Assembly: GCA_977016875.1 (NCBI GenBank)
Contig: CDRNST010000051.1
Span: 434,001 to 498,000 of the forward strand
Reading direction: 5' to 3'
Source of the DNA: Pavona decussata
Taxonomy: Eukaryota
DNA: 64,000 bases
Both the position numbers and the translations under genes were made by a program. The notes below the pieces were generated by a model that saw nothing but the letters and a program-made list of their open reading frames with translations, searched no databases and was not told the DNA's origin. This document shows positions 11,496 to 24,335 of this stretch, piece after piece (positions within the stretch are counted from its first letter, which is position 1; each line of letters starts with the position of its first letter).

Positions 11496-14400
11496 TTACT
11501 TTGTTGGCGGGTGGGATTTTTCAAAGTCATCCCGCACTTGGCCAATCCTATCAGGATTGCACAGCACATCAATAGCTGTCAAAGCCATCGCTTTGCTGGC
11601 AATCAAGGTTTTCTGATGAGCGTTCTCTGTTCCTGCTGCTGTTGTGAATGCATGTGAATGATTGGCAGCCCTTGTACCGATAGCATACATGGGATGTATT
11701 GAAGGAACTACATGCGAAACATTGCCCATGTCAGTGGAGATAACACAGTCTTCTCGAGGAGGAAATATTACTCCAAGATCCTCTGCATTTGCTTGGTATA
11801 GTTCGGCTAGAATGTTGTTGTGATCCATGTTTGCATAATGGGGTGTTAACCATTCCAAAGATACCTCACACCCTAACAACACAAAGAGATAAAATCAGAC
11901 ACAATGTTAAGCTGCATACTTTTTCAAAATTTACAAGATTGGAACTGAAAAGTTAAAGAGCATGTTAGAACAGCTTGCGCCATTTGACCCTGCAAACCAA
12001 ATCACAGTGTGTATATACATGTACATGTAGTATCATGTTGATGATTTGCTAGGAAGGCTTACTCTGGAATTACAGAATGTCAGTAAGAGCTGTCAGTCAT
12101 AATAGATTCAGGATCTAATTTTCTGTGTTTAACCTTAAACATGATGTGACTTTGTTCTAGGGTTACTTACAAACATTGTAATGTATGTACAATGTACATG
12201 ACAAGCTATGACAATGAAAGAATTTTAGGTCATTCCAGCTGTGTCATTCTGTTTCAATCCAATTCATTCTGTTACCATCCTGGGCCATTCCAGTAAACAC
12301 AGTCCTAAAGTGTTTGGCATTAATGTTAGCTAACCTGTCGCCAATGCAGCACTTGTGAAGCAGTTTTTAACCTTTTCACTCAATTCATTGAACTCCACCT
12401 CATTTGGAGCTCTCAACTCAAACAGCAACTGAGCACGGTCAGGAATGATGTTGGGCTTTACACCCCCTTCAGAAATGATGCCATGTACACGCCATGTGGG
12501 CTTCATCTGCTGTCGTAATACACTTATGCTGGTATACGCCATGACTGCTGCATCCAGGGCATTGATTCCCTTCCAGGGATATGCGGCAGCATGAGCTGCA
12601 TGGCCTTTGAAGGTTACAGTAACACTTTTCTCAGTTAAAACTGTTGCCTTCAGCACATCAACAGGGCAAGGATGAACCATCATACAAAAGTCAACATCTT
12701 TAAAGCAACCATTGTTGATCATCAAAGCTTTGCCTGCTCCAAGCTCCTCAGCAGGAGTTCCAATAACTACTATTTTGACTTTGGCCCTGTGAGTTATCGA
12801 TTCCAATGCATTCTTGAGACCTTTAAGTGAGAAATCAATATGCCAAGTTAGAGGGAATGAAGGCAGCAAAATATGGTCATTAAATCTATTTTGAGACTTT
12901 GTGAGACAGTAAGACTAGCATTTTTTTTTCTGTGAGCCCAATACTTTCTCAACCTTTCAAAAGGGAGTTAGTTTTTCCAGCCAGAAGGCCAATGTCCTCA
13001 AAATTGAGAGGTAGGCTTCAGGCAGACACACTTGACTGTCTAAGTGGCACACCAGATGAGGGAATCAACTGGGGTAATAAAAAATCACATCCTAATTACT
13101 GCAATTGAGCTACAGTGGGGTCCTGCAAACTAAAGCCCCAGTCATTCTTGTTGGATCACTTTTCTCTGTACCTTCCTCAAATGTTGGCAACAGTCAGTGA
13201 CTCAACACCAAAAACTGATTTAGACTATAATTTTGGCTCAACATTGAGGGGAAGGGTCAGCGCCATGCACAAATGGCCAAAGACGAGTATACACCTGGAT
13301 ATATTAAGCTTTTCATCTAATGGGACTGAGGTTGTAGGCAGGTGTGGAGTGTTTGCTTATTTCTCTATCTCAAGCTCGGTAATTTGTACACACTGCATTT
13401 CACCCAAAATGTGAGAAAGGCTCAGTAGTTGTGGTGGATTTTGGTCTATCAATTCATGACCAATAAGAGAATAAGAGATATTTAAAGTAACCCACAATGC
13501 TGCATGGTGAGTACTGATGTTCACAGTATTATACTGTGCTATGGGTACAGAATGGGGTGTGGCTGGGGACAATATACGCGGTGTATGACATTTGCAGACT
13601 GCAGACTGCAGACCGCAGACTGCAGACTACAGACTGCAGACTGGCCAGACTGTTAATTGTAAAATAATACACATTGAAACATAAGAATAAAGGTGACGTC
13701 ATCATCAATAAAGCAACATCAAAAAAAATTGGAAATCAGCCTTGGCCTGGGCTCTGGGTACGAGGTTGATTTTTCCCGCGTAAAGTTACAACAGCCTCTT
13801 TCTCAAGTTGTCTTATGCTGTAAAGGTTATTGTTGTATGATAATAACAAGTAGCCAACAAATACTTGTCTATTAAGTAATTCTTCAGCAAAGAAAGTTCG
13901 GAATGCGGTAGGATATTGTACAAGAATGTCTAACCCGTTGTTTGTACGGCGCGTGGGAAGCGAATATTTGTCTGTGGATTGTTAGAATATAGCAGAAATG
14001 AACTAAAGCCTGGAATACAAATAAATCGTCGGCCGTATTTGTGATGTGGAAGGAATCTAAATACTGTGAATGAGAAACCATATGTAATAGATGCTATCCG
14101 CTCGATCCGCAATTAATAATATGAACACCGCTGGCAGAACCATTTCGTGTTAACACGCACCGAAACAATGTTTTTTCGCGAAGGAAATAACATTATATAA
14201 AGGCTCTAGTGGGTAGTTTTAGTATAATTCTTAAAGTGATGCTGGTTATTTATGAGTAATGCACAGTGTGAGAACCAAAATCTTAGAGATTTATTAAGCT
14301 TATAATATCTGGCCCCTAAATAAATTATTGTGGTGGTCTGAGAATTTTCGGAAGTATACAGTGTTATGTATACACTTACCACAGAGAAATTACCACTGGT

Positions 14401-15168
14401 GAAAACAATGTACAGTCTGCGGTCTGCGGTCTGCGGTCTGCAGACTCTGCGGTCTGCGGTCTGCGGTCTGCAGTCTGCAGTCTGCAGTCTGCAAATGTCA
14501 TACACCGGTTCAAAACTACTATTAATACTCGAACAGGACCCACCAAACCTCAAAATAGATGGTGGTTTCTGCCTGCACCCCCCTTGCTCAACCTCAAAAG
14601 TTGGTGTCTTTATTGACTGAGCCACCCCTCTATCCAGCCATGGCTTTTCTTGGTATCTGTAGCCATAGCTAGCAATGCTGACTCTTGTTAGCTGAACATT
14701 TCTGTGTCAACTCTACCGGTAATGTCTATGAGATAGGGGGTGTCCTCGATGAACCCCCAGACAAGGCAGGTCCTCTTCAACAAACTTGTTACGACCATAA
14801 TGATTATAATCTTCAGTATGATGGCCCAGTTTACCTAAAGCAGCTGCTACACCTGATTCAGCGATGAGATTGTGTCCACACGCATGTCCCACTTCTGGTA
14901 AAGCGTCATATTCACAAATCAAACCAACTTTCAGACCTCCATCTTCACCAGTTTCAGCACGAAAAGCGGTATCCAAAGTGTAATGAGGGGTCACATCGAA
15001 ACCGTTCGCAGCGAAAAACTCCGTGAGTTGACCGTGAGCATATGTCTCCTTGAAAGATAGCTCTGGGTTTTTTAAAATCCTTTGGTTTAGACTGTACAGC
15101 TCAGCAGAAAGTTGGTCGATCGTTTCTTGTGCTTTTTGTTTTAGCACCATAACCTGATTGTCCGCCAT
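11496..15168 (-). CDS. PM20D2: Peptidase M20 domain-containing protein 2-like, copy C, 3 exons, ~398 aa
   Basis: Exons 14835-15168, 12335-12820, 11496-11872; exons 1 and 2 are the same sizes (334, 486) and phases as in copy B; same M20 motifs. Confidence 0.93.
13579..14507. mobile_element. MITE with TIRs and 7-bp (gcagact)n subterminal arrays in PM20D2-C intron 1
   Basis: cggtgtatgacatttgcagactgcagac.. and ..gtctgcagtctgcaaatgtcatacaccg. Confidence 0.85.
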
Positions 15169-15204
15169 TTTGGTTTTGCGCCTCCTGCTACCGTTCTTTG
15201 GTGA

Positions 15205-15268
15205 CCCCAACCCCCCCCCCCCCCTCCCCTAACCCTAACCCTAATTCCTAACCCTAATCTAAACCCTT
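15205..15268. repeat. Poly-C plus degenerate (CCCTAA)n telomere-like tract
   Basis: cccctaaccctaaccctaattcctaaccctaatctaaaccct directly upstream of the PM20D2-C start. Confidence 0.75.
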
Positions 15269-17349
15269 TTCATAGGGTCATTCCTCTTCGTTCTTTGTGT
15301 CGTCACGCAACGCTACTTGTGGGAAGGAGCATTGCGTGACGACCACAGAAAACCCCGTCTGGTATAATTCTCTGTCACGGAGGAGTTTTAGCTTTTCCAA
15401 AAATCAAAAAAGAATCAATAACATAACAAGTTGGCAGTATGAGAAATCCAGAGTATTCAGTTTTCACTCAAGGATAGAATCCGCGTTCCATTCAAATTTT
15501 AGATGCTCCTTTTAGGCTATTCATCTCTCAATCCCCCCTCCCCCCAAAAAAAATATCCATACTGAGGGAAACGTTAAAACTGATTGATAAGAATCATACA
15601 GTAAAACTGAAAGTGAAAGTATGAGTTTAAGAAGCGTCGACACGTTTTGATTTTCTATTTTATTATTATCATTTTTTTTTTGATGACCTCCCTCCTTTCC
15701 CAGTTATTGAAAAATATTTTGGACAGCCTCCCCTCCCCCCAAATTGTTACAAATTGTGGACTCCTCTCTTTAATCCCCTTGCTTCCCCAATTGCAGCCTC
15801 CCACCAACCAGATATTAGATATGATGATAAATGATAAAATGGTACTCGGACGACGTCTCCAACGCAAAAAATGGAAAAGAAAAAAACGGAGCTGTAACAA
15901 GTGTGCTTCACGCGAATATAATGCAAACAAATGAGCACAACTTAATTTGAATTTTATTGCATCATCAATCTATGTTCCATTTTTGCACAACTTCTGAATT
16001 TTCTGATAGAACCAGTTTTTAGCTGTTTGTCAAACTTAATTTACTCTTCTAGCTCATTCATTATCGTAAATACTCATACACTGTTGTCATTCACGACAGG
16101 CCATACTGTGCTAACTATAGGTGTAAATGTGTTCATTTTTTTTAATTTAGTGAACAGAAAGCATTGTTGTAGCATCAGCATCAGCCTACAATACATCGTA
16201 ACTGTCTTTTACCGAGATACTTGCGAAAATCAAGGCAACATGCTACTGTAATCATTCAAATGTCATTGCCAATATTCTTTGACTATTTTCCTTCACAACG
16301 CGCCACGTTTTTTTAAAGTTAAACCATAGTTTCAACCTGCATAGATTCTAATCATTTTGGTCTTTATAAAGTAAATAGACCATATTCGTATTCTAGGTAT
16401 TGAGCAATGGAGGTTCTTGTGGGGGAATATATTAAAAAAAAATTGCAAGTGAAAAGATTCCTCTGCTTAAGCCTTGTCTGCATGCTATTTCCAGTACACT
16501 ATCGAGAATTCGAATACGGTCTATTAAAGCCTGGTATTTACTACCAAAGCAAGCCAAGCGAGCATGTAATTCATGGTAAGGTAAGGGTGACTATACTGAG
16601 GGTTGGGTGACTATATGTAGAGTTAGGGTTAGGGTTATGTGGGTGACTATATGGCAACTAACCATGAATTACTTGCCCACATGCGCGAGTATAAGCACAA
16701 ACATAACACTTACGTCAACGTAAAAATGGGCTCAACGCATGCACAAGTCGATAGATAAAACATTTTTCTCTTCCGTTTGCATTCTGTTATGCTAATGTCG
16801 CAGTGATTTGTAGTAGAAACCGGGCAAGAAAATGAGGAGATGTGTTTCGCACCCCCTCACCCTTTTGTTCCTTGTTTTCACGATAGAAAAGAGCGCCTTT
16901 GTGCTTTGCTTATGCTTGCATTTCTGCTTAAGCAAGTAGTAAAACCCAGCCTAACCACAGTTTGGGTATTTTGGTTGTTAGTTTTTCATTTTTCATCATA
17001 GTTAACTGAGGGACTGGTTATGAAACCTTGCCATGAAAACTATGGTGCTGCAATTTATGTTGGAAGGGCTGCGACCGAGCAAAATCCTTTGTTTTAACGT
17101 TCACACTACAGTTGAATATCTCAGCAGGAACGTTTCAATTGGTCAGTTGCTCCAACACATTTCAAAATCTATTGTGGTTTGTGCGCGGTCAAGGCCAAAA
17201 ATGCTAACAAAAAACTTATAACAAAGAAATTTGTCAGGCTTCATAACCATTGCCTTTTTATTAACTGTGCTTTTCATGTACTCTCCAATATAGGTTTGTA
17301 GGTCGGATCGGATGCGTGATGGTGGTTAATACAGAAAATAAAGTAAAAG

Positions 17350-20300
17350 TCAACAACGGTCACTACACTCGATCGAAAACAACGGCTTTATAGGGATACG
17401 GCAGTTCGGTCCTTCCCAGCCTTCCAAGCACACTTTCCTTCCGTCACGTGGATCGCACGTGTAATGCCCGTGGACGGTGTCGTTATGCGGAACGCAGTAT
17501 TCACTGCAGTCGGGCCCATACCACCAGGGATTACACACTTTGATTCCATTGTCGGTGCATATGTACTGTGCTTCTTCCACGCTTCTATCCTCGTGCAAGC
17601 ATGTCAAAGAACAGTTGGGACTGAATCCGTGAAAGCCATCAAAGCAGACTTTGTTGCCGTCGTTATCGCACGCGTAATGGCCGAGTTCTTCATCGTCTTG
17701 TGGGACACAAAATACCGTGCACTTCTCGCCATGCCAGCCGTGCATGCACGTCTTACTTCCGTCAGGAGCACAGTTGTAATGTCCGCCATCGTCGTCGCGA
17801 GGAATGCATTGCGCACGACAGTCGCTGCCAAACCACGACGGTAGGCACTTTTTCATTCCATCTGAGAGTCTACATCTGTTGCGAGAAACAAAACGTCGCT
17901 TCAGTATGCGCGTGAATCTCTGTAAGAGTTCGCGGACAAACTAAGAGCACTTATTAGCAGCGTGTGCACGAGTTTGCTTTCCTGCGGTGGGAAGGTCTGC
18001 CCAAAATTATTTTGAATAATAACAAATCCGAAATTCTTTTCGGAGTACGACTGACACGTATAAAATACTTCGTGTAGTAGTGAAGGCCAGGCATGCGTTT
18101 TAGTACTGGTGCAAACAAAAGACGTACAGGAATCTGGCAGAATCAGAACATGTATGCCGTGAACCAGAGCCGCATGCGAGGGGTAGCCTGTGTGACAGTC
18201 CAACAGACATTTGGGGGAATATGGAAAGGAGATTAATTGATTAATGAATTTAAAGGGTGTCAGAATCTCAGGGAGGGAGGAGGTGGGGCTAAAGGCTTCA
18301 CATATCTCGACCCCAGTCAATTCTCTAACTCAAATCGGGATAAGGATTGTCACTGACACAGGATGGCGGGATGGATCAAAATCTAATGACTTACTTGTAA
18401 TGACCCAGCTCGTCGCTGTCCTGAGGCGCGCAATACGTAGAGCACCGCGAGCCAAACCAGTTTTTTACGCAGCTCTTACAAAATGGCCCTTGCCAGTTTC
18501 GCAGGCATCTCTTGTTTCCTTCCGTATCACAGGAGAAGTGTCCACTCTGCGGGTCATCCCGCGGGACGCAGTATCGAGTGCAGCTGCTTCCAAACCAACC
18601 AGGCCTGCAAACCTTTCTTCCCTCTTGATCACAAGTGTAGTGCCCGCTCGAGTCATCCCGCGGGATACACTTCACATTGCAAGCTGCACCGTAGTAATTC
18701 TTGTCACAGTACAACTCCAGCTCAAGTCCTACGCTAATGCGACTTGCAGTGAGCATCAGGTTTTTCCTCAGTGGACTATGAGATGGCCCTGGTCTGACGG
18801 AAGCTACTTTGATGTGCGTGCTTTCCACGAAGTCATCTCTTGTGTATTTGTCTTTATCCCAGACTTGCACGCCTATGGTAATGGTGCCCTGAAAGACGAA
18901 AAACTTTTTACTTAAGCTGCGTGATTTAAAATTATATTCGAGAGCATTTTGAGCAGACTTAACGGCTAGCCCTTCTGTTGTCTTAGACACATGTACAGTC
19001 GAGTAAAAACCTGAACAAGCACGCCGCTTGAAAGTTTCCGGTTGCGGTAAGATTTTCGCGTGTGCTTCCGAAATTATGTTACTTACCGTCTCGTGGGAAG
19101 CTGTTTCTCTCGACAGAAGGCACTTGAGACCGACAGAAGGCACTTGAGACAGGGACAGCATGAACAGACTCAAACAACGCGACGAACCAATCAAAACCGG
19201 CAAGGCAAAATTTCTACACCACGTAACAGATGAAAAGGACAGGAAACGTATTCAAGCCCTGTGAATCTCAAATCTGGGTCTTTAATCTGAATTTGTAGTC
19301 AGGATTTCTATTTGGGAGATCAAATCCAAACGCGAACCCGGACTTTAGTTTGTGTTGTTTTCAGAACACTTGCCATCGGTTGAGAAAGTGTGCGAGATTT
19401 TACGTTCATTAGCCAATCACACTACGAAGCAGAGTTAAATCAAAAGCGTTTATGAACAAACAAAACCGCTCTATGCACGCAATCACCTGAAAAGAATCAA
19501 AGGCAAACTCTCTCCTGATATTAATGTTGTGATGGTTGTCATTATGTCCAACCACCCCTGTCTGGCTTCTTCCCAAGTTACATCTGCGTGTAGAGCCGGA
19601 CCCTGACTGCGTCACGCACAGCTTAAAGTAGGCGTCGCACGGATAGCAGCGGCCAAAGTTAAACATCAAGTGGTCGCAGCATTTTCCATTGCTCATACGA
19701 TGGGTCGGGTTTCTGTAGCTTTTGAGGGTGATCACTGCTCGCCCCGTTCCTTCACAAGGTACCTGTTAAGCACAAAGATAAACGTTTGAGATGTCCATCC
19801 ACGCTCCACGCGTGCGCTGCTTTCGCCACGCACGTTGGACGGACGGTCGGGTAAATCTTTTAATACTTTATTATCTCTCCGCCATGTTCCTCTTGGCTTC
19901 TACCCTTTGGATGTTATTTTTTACCATTTTCTATCCTCGTTGCTTTGGATTCCTCCTATTTTCCGAGTTTCAAAAATCCCTCAACGAAGTTACCAGTTTA
20001 ATTAATATTTGGAACCTTCAGCTTCTTAGGGTTAATCCGAACATTTTCCTCTCCATTGTCTTTTGTTTAAAACAAAAGAACAATTGTTATTTAGAATTTT
20101 TCAGTATATTAAAGAAAAACAATCGTAAAGTACAATGGTCACATTTTGCAAGACTCGTAAACAAATGTGACTGCGGTTTTTCTAATCGTCTGACAGTGCC
20201 TCGATAACCAATTCAAAGACGGGTGTTAAAAGCTCGGGTAACGAAGAGGGCGGAAGATCTTCTGCCATTCTTTACTGAAGTTTTTTTCAGTGCAAAACGA

Positions 20301-22336
20301 TTTTGAATAAAGGAAACAGAAACCTTGTTAGCTTTTAATCTTAAAAAAGTGTTAGCTTGGGATTTAACACGAGTAAAAATTTGTAATATGTTTTACCCTG
20401 CCCCTTTTCTGGGAAATCACGCGATTCCGAGCAAATTTTAAGATAACCTTATCCGCCTTCGCTTTGTTTGAAAAATGCCTCCTCCTCCTCCTGTTTTTCT
20501 TTTAACAATAGGAACAACATGCTCTTGTGATAATTCTTAGGTAAATGGTAGACAGCATGTATTTTGTCTAGTACATGCTGAGGCTGGTTTTCGAAATCGC
20601 CGAAAGACAGGTAACTTGAAGATGTGTTTGTAACCTTTGAGTACGAGTATGACAATTCAAATGAACTATTGAGCATTACTCAGTTCCTGTGCTAACTTGG
20701 ATGAAATCCTAAAATATGACCATTCAAATGAAAGCTGCTGAGCAGCACTTCCCTGTTGTGCCGTGTTTATTATATTGTACAAGGTGGCTCTAACTTCCGA
20801 GTCTGTGGATGAAATCCTAAAGTGTGACCATTCAAATGAAAGCTACTGAGCAGTGCTTTCCTATGGTGCTGTTTATTGTGCTATACAAGATGACTCTAAC
20901 GTTTGAGACTGTGGATGAAATCCTAAAGTTTGACCATTCAAATAAAAGCTACTGAACAGTACTTTCCTGTGGTGCTGTTTATTATGCTGTGCAAGGTGGT
21001 TCTAACTTTTGAGTCTGTAGTTGAAATCCTAGAGCGCGATCATTCAAGTGAAAACTTTTCAGCATCACTCTCCTGTGGTGCTGTTCATTATGCTTTTCAA
21101 AAAGACTCGTGAATCTAACGTTCGAGTTTGTGACCATTTACAGAAAGCTCCTTCTCAGTTTCTGCTAGTAATGTTGCATTTGTATTTGATTTTTTTTATC
21201 TTCTCTTTCTTTTTCTATGCATGGGTAGTGTATCCCCGTATAATTTTCAAATTAGTTTTTATTAATAACTACCGGTCAATCTAATCTGGAAAAAAAAAAG
21301 GCTTACTGTTAGGGTCGGAGAAAAATTACCTCGTTTCGCTTAGACGCCAGACCAGGTATGACGGATTTGAGCAATGAAAAAAAAATTACATGTTCGTGGT
21401 GACTACAGCTATCCGATCACGTACAGATATTTAAACTTCACTTATTTCCTTGTCCCCAAGGGGGGAAGTGGGCCGGAAACGTACATATAACGTTTGTCAG
21501 TAAATTTTATGAAAAACCTTTCACTTTCCAATCTCTTGCTTTGTTCTTATTGGGAACAATAGCACTTAGATGAATCAAACACTCTTATGACCACTTTATA
21601 AACTTTTCGTGACCGCCGCATGCAAACAATAGAGGCCGATAAGCTTGTGCACCTCTATCAAAGTAAACAAAAACTCGTGTCCTACGTATACCTACCCCAC
21701 TTGAAACATTTGTAGAACCAGTAAGTAAAATGAGGAAAGGGTTTCTTTTCCTGCGCCCAAGTAATAGCCGAAGACATGCCTTGGTCCCTAATACCCATCC
21801 CCTGATTCACCCTGTAGTCTCAGCAAATCTCCTCACTAGGAACCTCCACCCCCACCCCCACGATCTCTACCATCAAATTCCCGTAGGTCCGGTAATGGTG
21901 AAGGAAGCTCTAAGATAAATTTGTTTTTTATTTGGAAAAATAAAGACAATATTGCCTCTAAACTTGCTCAGCTGGTGACATGCATATTGAGCAGATTAGG
22001 CACCGTCGGGTTGAAAAATATCTGCACCGTTGATAAGTAGAAATCGTGAATAGAGTGTGACAATGGCTTACGTATTCAATACCGAGGTTTGTTACGTATT
22101 TTCTTTTTACCAAGTTATACGTATAGTGTATGCGGGCTAGGGAACGAAACTGAGAAATTTGGCGGTTTCTTCTTCTGATAAAACAGAAAAATTAAGACCA
22201 GCTAACATGCGTTAAGGCAAGGGAGCATACTTCGTCTCGATTGCTTTCATTTGAACGATCACAAGGGTTAAAAGCGAGACGTACTTACCATGAAGCACAT
22301 GGAGAGAACAGTTGCGCTGACGAGCGACAGAAGCAT
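17350..22336 (-). CDS. Secreted Delta-like protein: signal peptide, C2/MNNL domain, 7 tandem DSL-like units, no EGF and no TM (~447 aa)
   Basis: Exons 22289-22336 (MLLSLVSATVLSMCFM), 19487-19762 (LKSYRNP..NGKCC..CDAYFKLC), 18395-18888, 17350-17875; phases 0/0/2 are consistent; DSL consensus [43 protein letters not shown]. Confidence 0.88.
20650..21135. repeat. ~106-bp tandem satellite, about 4 degenerate units
   Basis: Repeats of gatgaaatcctaaagtgtgaccattcaaatgaaagctactgagcagt..ggtgctgttt..ctaactttgagtctgtg. Confidence 0.85.
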
Positions 22337-24335
22337 TTTGATCCGTGTAGTCGACTGGCTCTAAATCGGTTGGCGTCGAAAACGTTTAAGTTTAAGTAAA
22401 CGTTACTACAATATCGGTTTCTCGGTCTGACTTCCTTCACAGTCTTGATGACCTTACGATTCGTTCATGTATATATATATAGGTGTTGACAAGTTGTATT
22501 ACGTGTTATCCAATGGGCGAGGCATTTGAAGTTTGGCCCCGTTCCTAGATCATTCCAGATAGATATATCTATGCCACGCATCACGCACTCCGCACGATTT
22601 ACACGTTAAAAGTTCACTCATCCCTTCCCATCATTATATTTATGATCCCGAGTGAACAAGGACAATTCTCGAGAAGACCCGAGAACAAAATTGTTCCACA
22701 ACTGAATATAATATCAAAGCAAGAGAGAAGATAGCTCTGCAAAGGTGAAACAAAAACACAGTCTTGAAAACGGCAGCGCGTGCGCGTGCGGTGCTTTTGC
22801 ATTTTTTTTTTGGGGGGGGGGGGGAGCATTAGTCCGATTAGTACCGTATTTCCTCTCACAGAGGGGAGCTTCTTAGACGTGGGACGAGACTTATCAAACA
22901 TTTCCACACAGTCCTGGACTGATTTTCGATATTTGAACCAAAAGCAAGAGGCACTACCATATGCAATGACGAATAAAAGCGGTTTACAAGATTTTTGTGA
23001 ATGTCTCCTAATGCTACTGCGCATACCTCCAGAGCATTTTTGCGCGGATTATGACTATGCCGGAAAAAAAAACTTTAATAAAAAGGATTATTGAAATCCT
23101 AAAAGAAAATTGGGGGTAACAAAGCATATTTTAGAGATAATTAAGCCTCAATTTGGAAAAATATATTATTTTGTTCTTTAAAGCTTTATAGAATTATTTA
23201 TTATTTATTTTTTTACTGCATGGCACCGTCCTTCACGTCAGCCTTTTTAACCCTTTGGCGTAGCCATAACGGACAAAACCAGTGCAAAGGCTAAGACAGG
23301 CAGTGCGCGATGCGAAAACTCATTTCAGATTGTAACAGAAGTGGAAGGGGAATTTTAAATAGAGGGAGGAGGCTCACGGGCATTTTTATACCTGAGGGGG
23401 AGGGGGGACTTATTACAAGGGTGGTTGGGGGATGGGACTTTTAAAACTGATAGTGGTAAGGAACTAAATAGAGGAAATACGGTGTGCAGCTCGCCGAAAA
23501 TCTACCTGGTAACAACCGGGACTAGCCTGCTTACGCCACACGTTTCCTTAGAGAAAGTGTAGAAACGCCACTCCGCGTTATACAGCATATCTCCATGTTT
23601 ACTCCAAGTCGCAAGTTCTCGCGGACTTGCAGACATGCGTAGAGTACTCGCGTCTCTCCAAAACACGCACCCCATATTTAACACTTGCACCTGCTACACA
23701 GCCTAAAGCCGGTTGAGTAAAATACAGCTAAAATAGCAGTCTGGGTGCGCGATGGTGAACCTGTACATTTGTCTCAAACTTACATTGGGAAAAGCGCCTG
23801 ATGTTGGAAATGTTGTCCCTGACAGTCTCACGGGCAGCTTCCATAATGCTAGCGCCGCACACATTGAGAAATATCATGATTCATTGGCACATCTATGTAT
23901 AGCGGATTGTTTTTAGCTCGGTCACAAATACTGCGATGCGGTATGGAAGGAAGCCAGACAAACTGAATCAACTCGATGCATAAACATATTCTTTAATCTA
24001 ATAAACTTTATTCGTTACATGTTAATTCTGATGCGATATTACACTCTGCTACAAAAACCGTATAATGTTGGGTAAGGGAACGATTGGTCTCTTCTGATTG
24101 CAAGTTCAAAGCTTTAAAAAAAAAAATAGGTTGTAGGTTGTTAATGAGAGAATAGTGTTGGCTGATTGACGCTATTGTTACATCAGTGATTTATGATGTC
24201 GTGCACAAGGGTCGTGCCCCTAGACATTGCCAAAAAATCAGTGGCAATTGTAGTTTGCCAAAAATTGATATATGTGATTATATACGGCAACAGAATCTAA
24301 AATAAGACAGAGAGATAGAGATGCACTACAACCAC

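Noticed and set aside
14206-14625. ORFs with CRLQTAD repeats
   Set aside because: Subterminal 7-mer array of a MITE
18244-18915. 223-aa plus-strand ORF and similar ORFs at 17464, 25381, 44331 and 54674
   Set aside because: Antisense shadows of DSL or CAP exons
20650-21135. CRISPR-like array
   Set aside because: Whole units repeat with no unique spacers; eukaryotic satellite
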